From: an uncultured bacterium
Lineage (GTDB): Bacteria > Zixibacteria > MSB-5A5 > GN15 > FEB-12
Assembly (NCBI GenBank): GCA_965372795.1
Contig: CBDVDR010000001.1
Span: 32,001-96,000 of the forward strand
Length of the DNA stretch: 64,000 nt
Direction: 5' to 3'
The position numbers were made by a program, and so were the translations under genes. Each line of letters begins with the position of its first letter. Positions within the stretch are counted from its first letter, which is position 1. The notes below the pieces were generated by a model that saw only the letters and a program-made list of their open reading frames with translations, did not search any database and had not been told where the DNA came from. Positions 20,901 to 30,900 of the stretch are shown one piece after another.

Positions 20901-21732
20901 CCCCACAATCATTTTTGACTGTTAAAGAGACTGTGTATTGCCCTTCAATAGAATATGCATGAGAGGGATTTTGCAATCCTGAAGTATGACCGTCTCCGAA
21001 ATTCCATGCCCACGAAGTAGCATCAGTTGACAAATCTGAGAATAATATATTTTCACCAATACATGCCGTAGTTGAACTTGCCCTGAATTCAGCAATCGGA
21101 TCAGGAGTACTTGTTACATTAATGTCCATTGACTCAGTTAATGATCCACATGAATTTTTAGCTGTTAATGTAATCGTATAAGTTCCGGGAGTACCATAAT
21201 AATGATCTGGTGGATTTTCTAATGGTGAAGAAGTGCCATCACCAAAGTCCCATAACCATGATTTAGCACCCACTGATTGATTCAATAATTCAACCGTTGA
21301 GCCATTACAATCCGGAGTATATTTAACTGAAAAATCAGCTGAAATTGGTTTATCATAAACCTTGATATAAGTAACTTTAGTTTCAGTATCAAAACCACCC
21401 GGACCGGTTACTGTCAATGAGACTGTATACAAACCTGATTGAGTATAAGTATGTTCCGGCCATCGGTATATATATGTACCACCTTCATAGATCGTACCAT
21501 CGCCAAAATCCCATGATAGATAATTATATAAGCCGGATGATAAGTCTGAAAATTCAACTGTTAACGGGTTGCATCCCTCCAGAGGTTCACCAATAAAGTC
21601 GGCTACTGGAGGATCACATTTCTCAGCCTGAGCTGAGACTGATAAAGAACTGCCAAATATGATTAAGGCTGTAAAAACTAATATCATAATTGAAGTTCCA
21701 GGGCTATTTAATCTTGTTGTGTTCATATTCAT
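14932..21732 (-). CDS. Giant cell-surface protein: 16 PKD repeats, DUF11 repeats, SdrD-B-like domain and OmpA/MotB-like peptidoglycan-binding domain
   Basis: Signal peptide; 16 W(D/N)F(G/D)DG motifs; GDTITYTIQVTN-type DUF11 repeats; EGHCD...NWELSEARA...NRRVEV OmpA motif. Confidence 0.9.
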   Translation of the reverse strand: MNMNTTRLNSPGTSIMILVFTALIIFGSSLSVSAQAEKCDPPVADFIGEPLEGCNPLTVEFSDLSSGLYNYLSWDFGDGTIYEGGTYIYRWPEHTYTQSGLYTVSLTVTGPGGFDTETKVTYIKVYDKPISADFSVKYTPDCNGSTVELLNQSVGAKSWLWDFGDGTSSPLENPPDHYYGTPGTYTITLTAKNSCGSLTESMDINVTSTPDPIAEFRASSTTACIGENILFSDLSTDATSWAWNFGDGHTSGLQNPSHAYSIEGQYTVSLTVKNDCGEDDEIKVLYISIYPNPDAKFTFDAVSDCFTGHVEFTDHSTDADAWQWDFGDGNYSSDQHPSHKYNQPGTYTVTLTASNLCNSDVETKSVVIDSSPEGIADFTVNKTNACIDETVTFTDQSTGAVSWYWDFGDGNTSTDQNPTHAYAATGVYNVELEIMDSCGKIDKELKEAYITVSTGPVADFRPESYHECTANEIHFVDLSTYATSWDWDFGDGNTSTQKEPVHTYAASGTYDAKLTVKNDCGQDDKTITLKIIIIPDPVADYTYELTQFCSGGRVQFTDQSTDAISWLWDFDDGYISTDPNPEHFFNIARTYNVKLTVKGICGEDDITKSIPITVDQPPHADFRADPLEGCVGKPINFDDRSYLADEWEWNFGDGNTSTDQNPSHTYSTAGFYTVSLKVSNDCGYDTETKVQYILIKKLPTANFTAQVTTVCVEEDVHFIDLSSHDVNSWSWNFGDGATSSQENPSHQYSRAGDYTVSLTVRNDCGDDTETKIEYITVLPSSVSAFTATPTQGNAPLTVDFTNQSTNATTWEWNFGDGTTSTELHPQYIYPATGQYTVILSTFNECGDDQSSDVITVTESTCQADFDSEVPYGCSPLTVYFYDQSDCEVNNWLWNFGDGSSSTLQNPDHTYINPGFYKVSLTITFDGGTDTKTKIDFIKVKDAPTSAFTATPTQGEAPLTVDFTDLSLGATSWEWDFDDGTPVSTDQHPTYTFATFGTFTVTLTSTNECGSRKSTKEIIVTDPSCQVDFGSEVPSGCGPLTVYFNGFSNCEVISWAWNFGDGNTSTLQYPDNTYLLPGIYTVSLTATFADGTDTETKVNHINVFSSPTSAFTALPTHGDVPLTVQFTDNSIAATSWSWDFDDGSPASTDQNPTHTFTVIGIYTVTLTSSNECGSKKSTEIITVKDPNLNADFTAEPLSGCSPLIVYFSDLSTGDITSWLWDFGDGTSSTDQNPNHDYTVSGDYMISLTITGPDGTDTESKLYTFIILAPPIADFTYITNPSNRQAPVTANFTNISTGSTSWSWDFGDGNTSTSPNPTHIYVDSGHFTVVLTAKNACGIDTKTTEIVVERTFAPGMLRLFTTVDKVQAPPEDTLLYTITIRNTENAPIANVIVQDTIPELTAYVASSAVSRASQRPKTSYDGLAQTTSTILFDALDNMIIWSVDTINALDSVKMEFKVVIDQSAPNGYIVTNKAIITNPADQYTESVVTTEVIAPTITIEKSAYPTIANAGDTITYTIQVTNTGNYGLTDAIIEDDHPDDFNFVQGSAMVDGIPAISVGTDPIRIVIGDIGFPDTVVITYLSEIPTGLDYSLPFDNYATLYDNNGDGASHSWGPVMARVGVEVPPLIITKRSNVNSGFPGDIIDFTIIVENVSTTTALNSFILDTLPYGFAYIDSTTIIDQAIAPDPAGINPLTWQMGDLDPGDKVTLRYTVQLSTRILGGINENIAWAHADDFVPSRATCRVNVIPSTLSGSIRGRVIVDCGDGEIEFDTTLSGVDLFLDDGSRSQVNNKGMFYFSTVRPGQRAVMIDTRDLSDRLYDLADGQIASVFVFVHETGESYLIFKVCPAQPILKLNKLAAQVPTAMITKSASIDTTQTYDSTGVVVDYEISIDYNGGAEAVRLKIVDSLPDETQLSMVDGTELIVSSDGKQLYNEFTVGADGFRKSMKYSIEDLDPGSRKFLENTIYIEGSPDTTAKEYTRQSTTVTVAVGPLRTAPDTQIKMNIIGAYFETSKAFLRPEALPILEAIADSILKYSDVTIRTEGHCDYRRINTVRFPSNWELSEARALSVLTWLNENHNIDTSLMSYEGFAATIPVDTGHSEVHWQQNRRVEVFITGRNRSQVDYSQIPVNNWEATTILELEPINWDTVLVPDTDGAAQIGPNTWEVLIVIENVGYYSAENVVLEDILPINGEYVLESATVDGEAARAAIGSDGHLLIEIDKIDREQKIEVRYRFKASPDTNPSGSGEAIIEMESRGKTVTHRSNTIRFE

Positions 21733-21738
21733 TACCTC

Positions 21739-24348
21739 CTAGAACTTTCCAACGATACGGGTGAAAATTCCATGACCCCGATAATAGTTATCAGGGAAAA
21801 CTGCATCAATTGAGTTTTCAATTCTCTCATAACCTAAAGAAACGCGAAAACTTTTTGGGTTTTCATAGCCTACTTCAATTTTAAAAAATGTCTCCTCATC
21901 TTCAAATATATTTTTAAGTAAAAATCTCTTCACCGAAGCAAGAGCAAATATATTATGGGTTATTGAAAGAGAACCATTAAGAAGCATGAGATAATTTGTT
22001 GATGTCAATTCCTGCACCGGCTCATCTTCCTTTAATTGCTCTCGTCTGATTAAGCCGACGGTAAATTCATTTAACCGGTTTCTGTTCCAATGAATTCTGG
22101 CACCTATGTCCCATGTTTTGTTTCTGGAATTCAGAGTAGCGTCTCGTTTCACTTCATGAACTTCGGTCTCAACATTTAACCAGAAATGATGAGTAAAGAA
22201 ATAAGTTAATTGCCCGAGGTAAAAATCATCTATGCTGGACAAGGTTGAATCAGTCCAGACCTGATAAAGATCATGGCGCGTGAACTTGCCTAAAGCTTTG
22301 ACTTTTTCAACAGGTAAATACTCAAAGGCTATCGTGCCGGCTTTCTCCTTTTTGTTGGGATCAGATTGGCTAAAGCTTAAATCATTACCCGGCACTGTAA
22401 ATTTCTTATATTCGTAAGTTGAGAAAGTGCTGAAATTCTTCGAATGTTGGGTCCGCAGTTTAATGAATGTGGCGTCTTCACGATCAGACCATAAATCATT
22501 ATCAGTATCTTTTACAAGGCGGATTCTTTGTGTTATTTCAATCCTTGTGCCTTTCCGATGTTCATTGGCAACTGTAATAGAAAGTTGATCCGTATTACTA
22601 TCACCTGTGTTGTCGGCAATGTTATCGAATCCTATCCGTTCATAGTGGGCACCGTATTCAAATTTATTCATAATTCCGAAATTTTCTTTCGTTCCACTAA
22701 GATCGCCTATAAACCGTTTCTGTCTTTTATTTTCCAAAAGCGGGTCATCGGTATTTTTAATATTTCTCAGTTCAAATCCGGCTCCGAAATTAAAACCATC
22801 TCGTTCACGGTTTTTGTATGCAACTGTATAGATATCTTCTTTTTTGGTTCCGTTGTAAGTATTATTTTTGCCGTTGGGAATCAGATTTTTTAAATTTCTG
22901 AATGAGCCAGTGAATTGTTGTTTCTCTGTTGAGTTATAAATTCCTTCAAAATTCAGACGCTGTTGATTTATAGTAGGCGTAATATTGGCATTACCAAAAG
23001 TTTGAAAATTATCTTCTATTCGTTGAACATCAGCATTGAGCTTAAGACTCTCAAAAGGATTGACTGACCAGCCTGCCCGCAACGCCATGTCATTATCAGT
23101 ATAACTGTCGCTTTCAGCACCGGCAATTTCTACATAACCCTTACCAAGTTCGTTTAAATCAAGAGATGCATCTCCGACAATCAGATTCTCCGGTTCTTCC
23201 AAGCCGATTCCGGTAGCATTATTATCCTGGAATTGATGGAGATAGGATATGCTGGTTTTAACTTTGCCGTTTTCACTCGCAAATTTTGCCCGACCACCTA
23301 ACAGTTCATCATTACTGGTTCGTTGATAATCATAAGTGATGACAATATATAACGGGTCGTTAGCAGCTGTAACACTTGGAACAGGCTGATGAAGTAAAAT
23401 ACGACCTCGTTCATAATCAACCGCATAATCAATGTCCCGAATAAGTCTTCGAGTTGAAATAAGGGTTGTTAAATCAAAACGATCTCGAATTTCAATTTTT
23501 ACTTCCTCACTGCCCCGCGTTACAGAAGCATTTGATAAGTAATAAGGTCCCGAGGTGCCATCGGCTGGAAATCCAACTGAAGTCCCTTCTCTAAACCTTT
23601 TTCCATCAAGTTTTCCACCAACAGCCTCTACGCCAATCGACTTATTATGCAGATCGGCATAAGCTCCGAAGATAGAACGGTTATGAAGGCTGAATTGGGA
23701 TCCTTTGAAACTTGGTTTGATAGAACCGCCTTCAAGATATCCATGATCGTCTGATTCAAATCTGGCGAACATTTCCAAACGAGCTTTCTCCTGCGGTTGT
23801 GTTAATAGACGGGTATCAAGGTTTGAATATTCCCATAGATAATTGGGATCGTAAGTGCTATGTCCGGTAAACCGCCAGGTGTCCCAAAGCGGTTCAGTCG
23901 ATTCAACCGACATCTTAAGTCTGAAAATCGAGGGATCATACACCCGATATTCATCATCTATTCGAGAATCAAGGATTGTCACCCCGTGTATAAAAAGACC
24001 ATTACCAATATTTCCATCAGCAAACAAGGAAGCTCTAAAATTTGTGGACAAATCCTTGGTTAGTTCCGGATTATTGATATTAAATGCTGGTTCATTCCCT
24101 TTCACAGTAAGGCTATGAATGGTTAATTCACCTAACCCCAAAAATAATAGCTTTTGACGGCTGGCATAAGTTGAATCTTCTAATAGATTACTATTGGGTA
24201 CAAATAGCATTGTATTTGTACCTATTTCCGGTAATGATCCGGTTACTACCGTTTCATCACTAAATGCAGTTAATGGCACCAAACAAATCGCAAAAAAGAA
24301 TAGACATAACTGCAACGTTGTCTTGTGATTCGTGAACATTTTTTTCAT
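21739..24348 (-). CDS. Predicted outer-membrane beta-barrel protein, co-transcribed with the PKD/OmpA gene
   Basis: Signal peptide; GTSGPYYL...GSEEVKIEIRDR...DYAVDYERGRILL motif; alternating amphipathic strands; C-terminal Phe (IVGKF); 6 bp from the next gene. Confidence 0.7.
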   Translation of the reverse strand: MKKMFTNHKTTLQLCLFFFAICLVPLTAFSDETVVTGSLPEIGTNTMLFVPNSNLLEDSTYASRQKLLFLGLGELTIHSLTVKGNEPAFNINNPELTKDLSTNFRASLFADGNIGNGLFIHGVTILDSRIDDEYRVYDPSIFRLKMSVESTEPLWDTWRFTGHSTYDPNYLWEYSNLDTRLLTQPQEKARLEMFARFESDDHGYLEGGSIKPSFKGSQFSLHNRSIFGAYADLHNKSIGVEAVGGKLDGKRFREGTSVGFPADGTSGPYYLSNASVTRGSEEVKIEIRDRFDLTTLISTRRLIRDIDYAVDYERGRILLHQPVPSVTAANDPLYIVITYDYQRTSNDELLGGRAKFASENGKVKTSISYLHQFQDNNATGIGLEEPENLIVGDASLDLNELGKGYVEIAGAESDSYTDNDMALRAGWSVNPFESLKLNADVQRIEDNFQTFGNANITPTINQQRLNFEGIYNSTEKQQFTGSFRNLKNLIPNGKNNTYNGTKKEDIYTVAYKNRERDGFNFGAGFELRNIKNTDDPLLENKRQKRFIGDLSGTKENFGIMNKFEYGAHYERIGFDNIADNTGDSNTDQLSITVANEHRKGTRIEITQRIRLVKDTDNDLWSDREDATFIKLRTQHSKNFSTFSTYEYKKFTVPGNDLSFSQSDPNKKEKAGTIAFEYLPVEKVKALGKFTRHDLYQVWTDSTLSSIDDFYLGQLTYFFTHHFWLNVETEVHEVKRDATLNSRNKTWDIGARIHWNRNRLNEFTVGLIRREQLKEDEPVQELTSTNYLMLLNGSLSITHNIFALASVKRFLLKNIFEDEETFFKIEVGYENPKSFRVSLGYERIENSIDAVFPDNYYRGHGIFTRIVGKF

Positions 24349-24589
24349 TGTTAACTTTCAGAAAAAGTATTTATTCTTTTGCAGAAAAAATTGTCCTGCA
24401 ATTTAGGTTTATTTGTCTTATTTATGGTAAATATACAATCATTCCCTATAATGTAAAGATTTATCTCTTTATACACTTACACTTCCTTGCAAACAAGTCT
24501 GAATTGTGCAATTTATATGCAATTAATTTCACCCAATCCTTCCCAATGTTACCCTATAAAACGTAACTGATAAATACAATCTCTTAGAC

Positions 24590-24605
24590 AACAAGTATCA
24601 TGCCA
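24590..24605 (-). promoter_or_regulatory. Possible sigma54 (-24/-12) promoter for the barrel/PKD operon
   Basis: Minus strand TGGCATGATACTTGTT vs consensus TGGCACG-N4-TTGCW; correct spacing, but -12 GC reads GT. Confidence 0.3.
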
Positions 24606-24851
24606 TAGTAGATAATTTTTCCTTTTATTGCTGTTTCGAATGAGCTTCGGTAGAATAATTTTCAACACACAATCACTACAAATATTATCTTATATTGATT
24701 TGTTTATTCATAACTACATGAAATGGGTGCACTATTGAGACTCTCATGTTGAAGAGATTTGAAAGGAAGGTTGGGAGCAGACGAGGGTTCGCCAAGGCGA
24801 ACCGCCCACAAAACGTATTCCATTGAAATATTAGACGTTAAGTAGAGTCAA

Positions 24852-24905
24852 GTTGAGTTAACTTCAGCGAAGTAGTTTCTTAGGGAATTGTTAGAAAGTA
24901 TGTAT
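24852..24905. repeat. Dispersed ~54-bp intergenic repeat, copy A
   Basis: GTTGAGTTAACTTCAGCGAAGTAGTTTCTTAG... matches 36429-36482 at 44/54 positions without gaps. Confidence 0.7.
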
Positions 24906-24906
24906 T

Positions 24907-24940
24907 AAAAAACCCACTGAGATTGAATCTCAATGGGTTT
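24907..24940 (-). terminator. Intrinsic terminator after the S8 protease gene
   Basis: Minus strand AAACCCATTGAGAT-TCA-ATCTCAGTGGGTTTTTT. Confidence 0.8.
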
Positions 24941-24962
24941 ATACAACCAAGATTCAACTAAC

Positions 24963-27900
24963 CTATTTAAGCAGCATCATCTTTTTGGTGCTTGTATATG
25001 TCCCAGCTGTCAGACGGTAGAAATAAACTCCGGAAGCAATCTTTGACCCTGCTGTATTAGTACCATCCCATTGTACAGAATGATATCCAGCTTTCAAGTG
25101 ACCATCAATCAAAGTTACAACTCGCTGTCCAAGGACATTGATAATTTCCAAGTTTGCATGTGCATCAACCGGTAATGCAAATTTTACTTTTGTAATAGGG
25201 TTAAATGGATTCGGGTAATTTTGGGATAATTCAAAGCTTTCTGGAATATATGGCGAACCTTCTTCCACAATCGCATCAATAGAATTATGATTCATATTTG
25301 AAACTTTTGCCCATTCAATTATATGATATCCAGGCACCTTAAAAAGCTCATAAGTTCCATTTTCAAGCAGAGCCGAACCTCCTAAATCTGCTAAACCTAC
25401 ACGAAGAGTGCTCTCGGTACGACCCTGCAAAAGTTGAAGACCTCTCTCTGAAGAAAGTTCGGCCTTGGATAAATCGTTACCAGTCAAATTTAATTGAACG
25501 CCACGTAACTGCTGATCAGAATCAAGATGAACAAAAGTTGTATCGTCATGGTAATCATAATATAATGTAACATTTGCTTGATTCAATTTATTTATATTAG
25601 ATGAAAATTCCCCACACATTGCCGGTGGATTCTGAGAAACAAATAAATAGTCTACCGTTTTTGTAACATCACCTATGCTAATTTCTTCATTGAAATCACC
25701 ATTGACATTAGCTTCTTCTATACAATCAGGAGCATCTCCTGATGTAAATAGATAATCAACCATATCCGTAAGATCAGAGATATTACAATTTACTTCATCA
25801 CCATTGAAATTACCGCGCAATCCCTGACAACATTCTTCAATTGTGAAGCAGTAAGGACCTCCCCAGTTCGGATATACTGCATCAGACTGACCGTTCTCCT
25901 TTCTTAGTCCCCAATTCCACGTATTTCTGCCTCTATTTCTTCCTTGCATAAAATCAACCTTATCAACACAAATCTGTTGTCCTATATTATCACAAGAAAC
26001 AAAAGTAGTAATTCGCCAGGCAGGTACTCTTATTCCGTTGACTAATATATTATCAACCGGAATCACATCACTTCCTTGAAATCTTACCGAATCAATCTCT
26101 TCATTATGAATTACCTCTTCATTAAACCACATATCAAGAAAACTAGCCCAATCCAAACTATCTGTTACCCATTCAATATCTACAGGATCAAATTGAGCAT
26201 TATCAGGTGAATATATTTCGAAACCATGTTCAAAATAAAGAATTGTTCCCGGCTGATCGTTATTAATCCCTAATATGAAGCTGAATTCTTGACCGCAAGG
26301 AACATTCTTCGTTTCCGGCAACAGAAGTTCAACTTGTCCCCCAGCTCTCAAAGTCGAATACCGGTACAAATTCCATTCGGAAATTTCGTAACCATCAGAA
26401 CCTCTTATTTGCCACCAGTAAGTAGCGTCAGTCTCCCCTTCAAATCGAACATCCACACGTGACTCTTTACTATCGATAACACTGAAAATCACAGAATCCA
26501 TATTAGCATCATACGCCAACATTATATCATATGTCATACTATCTCCCTCAGGATCCACCACCGGATCAAAGCCGAGTTCTCCGACATATGGTCCCTTTTC
26601 ATCAGCAAAATATGCATCGGATGGGGCACCCAGAAAACCATTCATATGAATGTTAAAGTATCTCCATCCTCCCCACGAAATACTGTTGGATACTCTAACT
26701 CTTACAATATAGTCATGGCTGTCCATAAGGACTGATCCAGCATATTGAACAAATGTATCAGGATTATTAACAATACCAGAGGTCCAAACCAAACTGTCCT
26801 GCCAATCCAGGATAGTATGACTTAGTTGGAGTTCAAATGCTTGTTGAGTCCCAACACTATCTTGAAAAGACCAGTAGAATAATGGGGTATGTGATACAAT
26901 CCGGAATTGAATTTCATTACCTACATTTATGTTCAAGGCGAGTGGTAGACTGTTATTAGATGCTGCATTAAATGCCCCCATATCTCCGCGGGTGCCGTCC
27001 AAATCATTAAATTCTGAAGATGTATCTGCCGCATCAATACAAGGTGAACCATCAGCTAATTCAAAATTACCATTCGCCGCATCAACAAAGAGAGGATCGG
27101 CAGATATAGAACCTATACCCGGAACTGCCCTCACATAATTACTATCATAGTTCAAATAAACGTTGTTATATTGAAAACTCAAACTATCTATTTCATTACT
27201 TATGATTCCATATCCCGGACCATTCTCTACTATAATATTGTTTCTAATATCATAATTATAAAATGTGGAACTACTTATACCTGCTCCCCCCTCTGGAGGA
27301 TTACCTTCAAATGGTATACTATGATTACGATAAAAAGTATTATTGTAAACTTTGGTTGTTCCATAACAATGATTCAACCGCAATCCTCCGCCTTTATGAG
27401 CAGAATTCTCGATAAACAGATTATAGCTTATAAAGGCTCCGTGAGAAAGCCTCATAGAAAGACCACCACCCTCTTCAATAGCCTGGTTATTTATGAATTT
27501 GTTATTTTCAATAACATAAGTACCTTGTCTGGTATACATACCACCACCGCTGACATCGCCCTGATTGTTTTCAATAACACAATTACGAACAACTGTTGGA
27601 CAGTGGCCGGAACCATTTCCACCTCTTACATTAATTCCAATACCAGCCGAATTTTGAATTACACAGTTCAAAATTGAAAGTGAACTAAAGTAAATTTTAA
27701 TCCCATCACCAAGTGAGTTACGAAGTGTAAAACCCTGCAAAACGGTTGTTGAATCTTCTTCCATTCCAGCCATTACAAGGACCGATGTGTCGCCCATGAT
27801 CGGCTCTATAAAAGTATTAGCTGCACCATCAACCGATGTCAGTAATATATGTTTCCCTAAAAAGTTAATATGCTCTGCATAGACACCTTCCGATACATAT

Positions 27901-30900
27901 ATTGTGTCATTGTCATAAGCAGCATTGATGGCTGATTGAATTGTAGGAAATTCTGATGGAACATAAATAACAGTTGTAGCTTTAGTTGGCATTAAGCATT
28001 CGAACCACCCACCCCATTCAGTACCATTATTCACTCGTAACCTGAGCATGTATACAGTTCTATCTTCAAGGGGAAATCCGGCATATAAAATACTTGAATC
28101 ACTTGAGACAACCACTCCGGTATTCCACATCTCGGCAACATTCCAGTCCCAATCAGTTCCTACTTGAAGTTCATATTGATACTGAGAGGTTTCCAATGTA
28201 TCGTAAAAGGACCATTGAATTGTTGGATTGAGATTAGTGGCAACTTCTAAATATATTGGGTCAAATGTAACTGCTAATGCAATTGGATATTCAATAGTAT
28301 TTCCGTTCACGGCTCCAATGTCACTTCGACTGCCATCAGGATCATCAAATATTGGATCAGGGTTTCCAGCATCAATACATGGTGAATTTGATAAAAGGAT
28401 AAAAGTATTCTTGGTTGTATCTAAGATTCTAGGATCGACAGCCATATTATCATCGCCATTAGAAAAAAACAGAGAATTTCCCCATATATTATTATATTCT
28501 ACAGTTGCATAATTATTTCCTGAAAATAAACCCTCTGAAATCCCTATGCCTTTATTGTAAATCACAAGGTTGTTGGTCGCCAATGTGGGACTAACTATTC
28601 TTAATCCGTTTCCAATATTTCCATATACTGTATTATTATAAACTAAACCTTCAACATTTACCGTATCAATTAAAGCATACAAACATTCATTTCTGGAAAT
28701 AATGTTGTGATGTATATCAATATATCCCTTGGTAGTTTTTATTGCTGAATTACTTCCACAATAGTTGTTTGTGACAAGGTTTGAATCAAATTCTAAAGTT
28801 CCTTTGATTAAATCTAAAACCTTGGCGTTACCGCTAAACTCAGATCCGGTTACACGAAGGTTTTCAGGTCCGTTAGCAAGAACACCATATAAAGAATTAT
28901 TTATAATTTTACAATTTCGTACTTCAATATCAGTCCCACTGGAAACTAATATTCCCGTCAAACCGTTTTGAATTGTAAATCCGGTTATTGATGATTTATT
29001 CGAACCACCATACGTTATTATTGTTGTTTGACTGCCGAGAGTCGGTTCAATTATTGTTACTGAAGGTCCATCTACTGCATAAAGTGCAACTCCATTTGAA
29101 GGCAATGTAAGTGATCCCTGATACAAACCGGGGCTCACAAATATTGTATCACCCGGGTTTAAAATATCAATTGCCGGTTGAATTGAACTAAAATCTTCAG
29201 GAATATAAATATGTTGACCATCATAAACAACACCTTGAATAGTTTGCCATTCACTCCATGTCGCTCCATCGAATACCCGCAATCTAAAATAGTAATTATT
29301 AAATGATTCAAGCGGCATTCCGGAGTAAGTAACATAATCAGATGAAGACACGATCACACCAGACTCCCACATCTCTGCTACATCCCAATTATCATCACTC
29401 CCGACCATGATTTCAAATTGTGTCTGAGGAGAACCTTCCCAACCTATAAATGTCCAGTTCATTTCAGGACTTAAAGTATTCCTGTTGGTCAAATTTAAAT
29501 CTGTAGCAATAGGCATACTTAACGGACTATATGGGATAGCTCCTATATCGTTTCTACTGCCATCAGGATCATTATAAATCGCTTCTGGACTTCCTGCATC
29601 TATTGCAATAGAAGTTGGCAGAAGTCTCAAATCATTGCTTGATTTACTAACAAAATCAGCATCACCAAAAATTTGAGTTGCGGTGTTAATCTGGAGAGTA
29701 TCATCCCAATCTTGAGCGTTACCCCAAAACAGATTGTACTCAAATTCATCAAATGTAAATATACCGTATTGACCAAACCCATCAGAGAGCTCAATTGCTT
29801 TAACATTATCACCAAGAAATATATTATTCAATATGGCTAATGAAAAAATTCTATACATATATGGCACACAATAGTTAGCAATTAATATACTTCTATTATT
29901 ATTAACAAATGTATTATTAATAATGCGTCCATCATACCAACCACCATCACAAATGTGAAGACATGCTTCCCCGCCATTATTTATAAACAGATTATTATTA
30001 ATTTTCCAATTGTCATTTTGATTTTGATCAAAAACTTTTATTACTACCGTACCATATTGAGTCAATTCTGCCGGTGAATTCAAATTATTATCAATAAAAA
30101 TATTGTCAGTAATATTGACACGGTGAGTACTTGCATCAATTACCATATTTCCATTAACCATTGTAAATGTAAAACCTTTTATCAGTGGTGCATCATAAAT
30201 CCCACTGCCAACTTTAATAATTGGCTGATCAGACTGCAATGGTCGAATTGTTGTAAATTTAGCACCCATCTCACTTAAAAGGACTACCGATTTATAAGTT
30301 AAATCGATATTTTCATAATAATCTCCCGGTGCCACAAGAATAGTATCACCAGGCAGAGATGCTTCAACGGCTTCCTGAATTGTACTATAACCTGATGGTA
30401 CTCGTAACGCATTCGCACTACCTCGAATAGCAAGAATCGATGCCATTGGATTTATCAAACCAGCACCTAATTCTCCTTCAAACCCTTCATTCAGATGATC
30501 GATATTTGTTGCTGTTTCTAAAATTGCATTCACAACCTGCTGACGAGTGGCTTCTGGTTCAAGTTGCCACAACAAGGCTGCCTGGGCGGCAACAAATGGT
30601 GCCGCAAAACTGGTACCTCCCCATTTGACATAACTGCTGTCAAGATAAGGACCACTTATAGAAGTTCCCGGGGCACAAAGATCTATATGATTTCCAAAAC
30701 TTGAAAAATCAGCCAAAAGATTCAAAGTATCAATTGCGGCAACAGTTAGTACATTAGGATCACTTGCCGGATAATGAGCTGATTCATTCGGCCCGTTTCC
30801 TGCAGCTGCGACAACTAATACATTATTTGTCGTAGCATAAGCGATTGCATCTTGCACTGCCTGATGTACATCAATTGTTACCAAACTAAGATTAATTACT

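Noticed and set aside
24348..24566. 72-aa plus-strand ORF (similarly 14340-14543, 45237-45422, 54057-54277)
   Set aside because: AT-rich intergenic or overlapping frames with no RBS or recognisable motifs.
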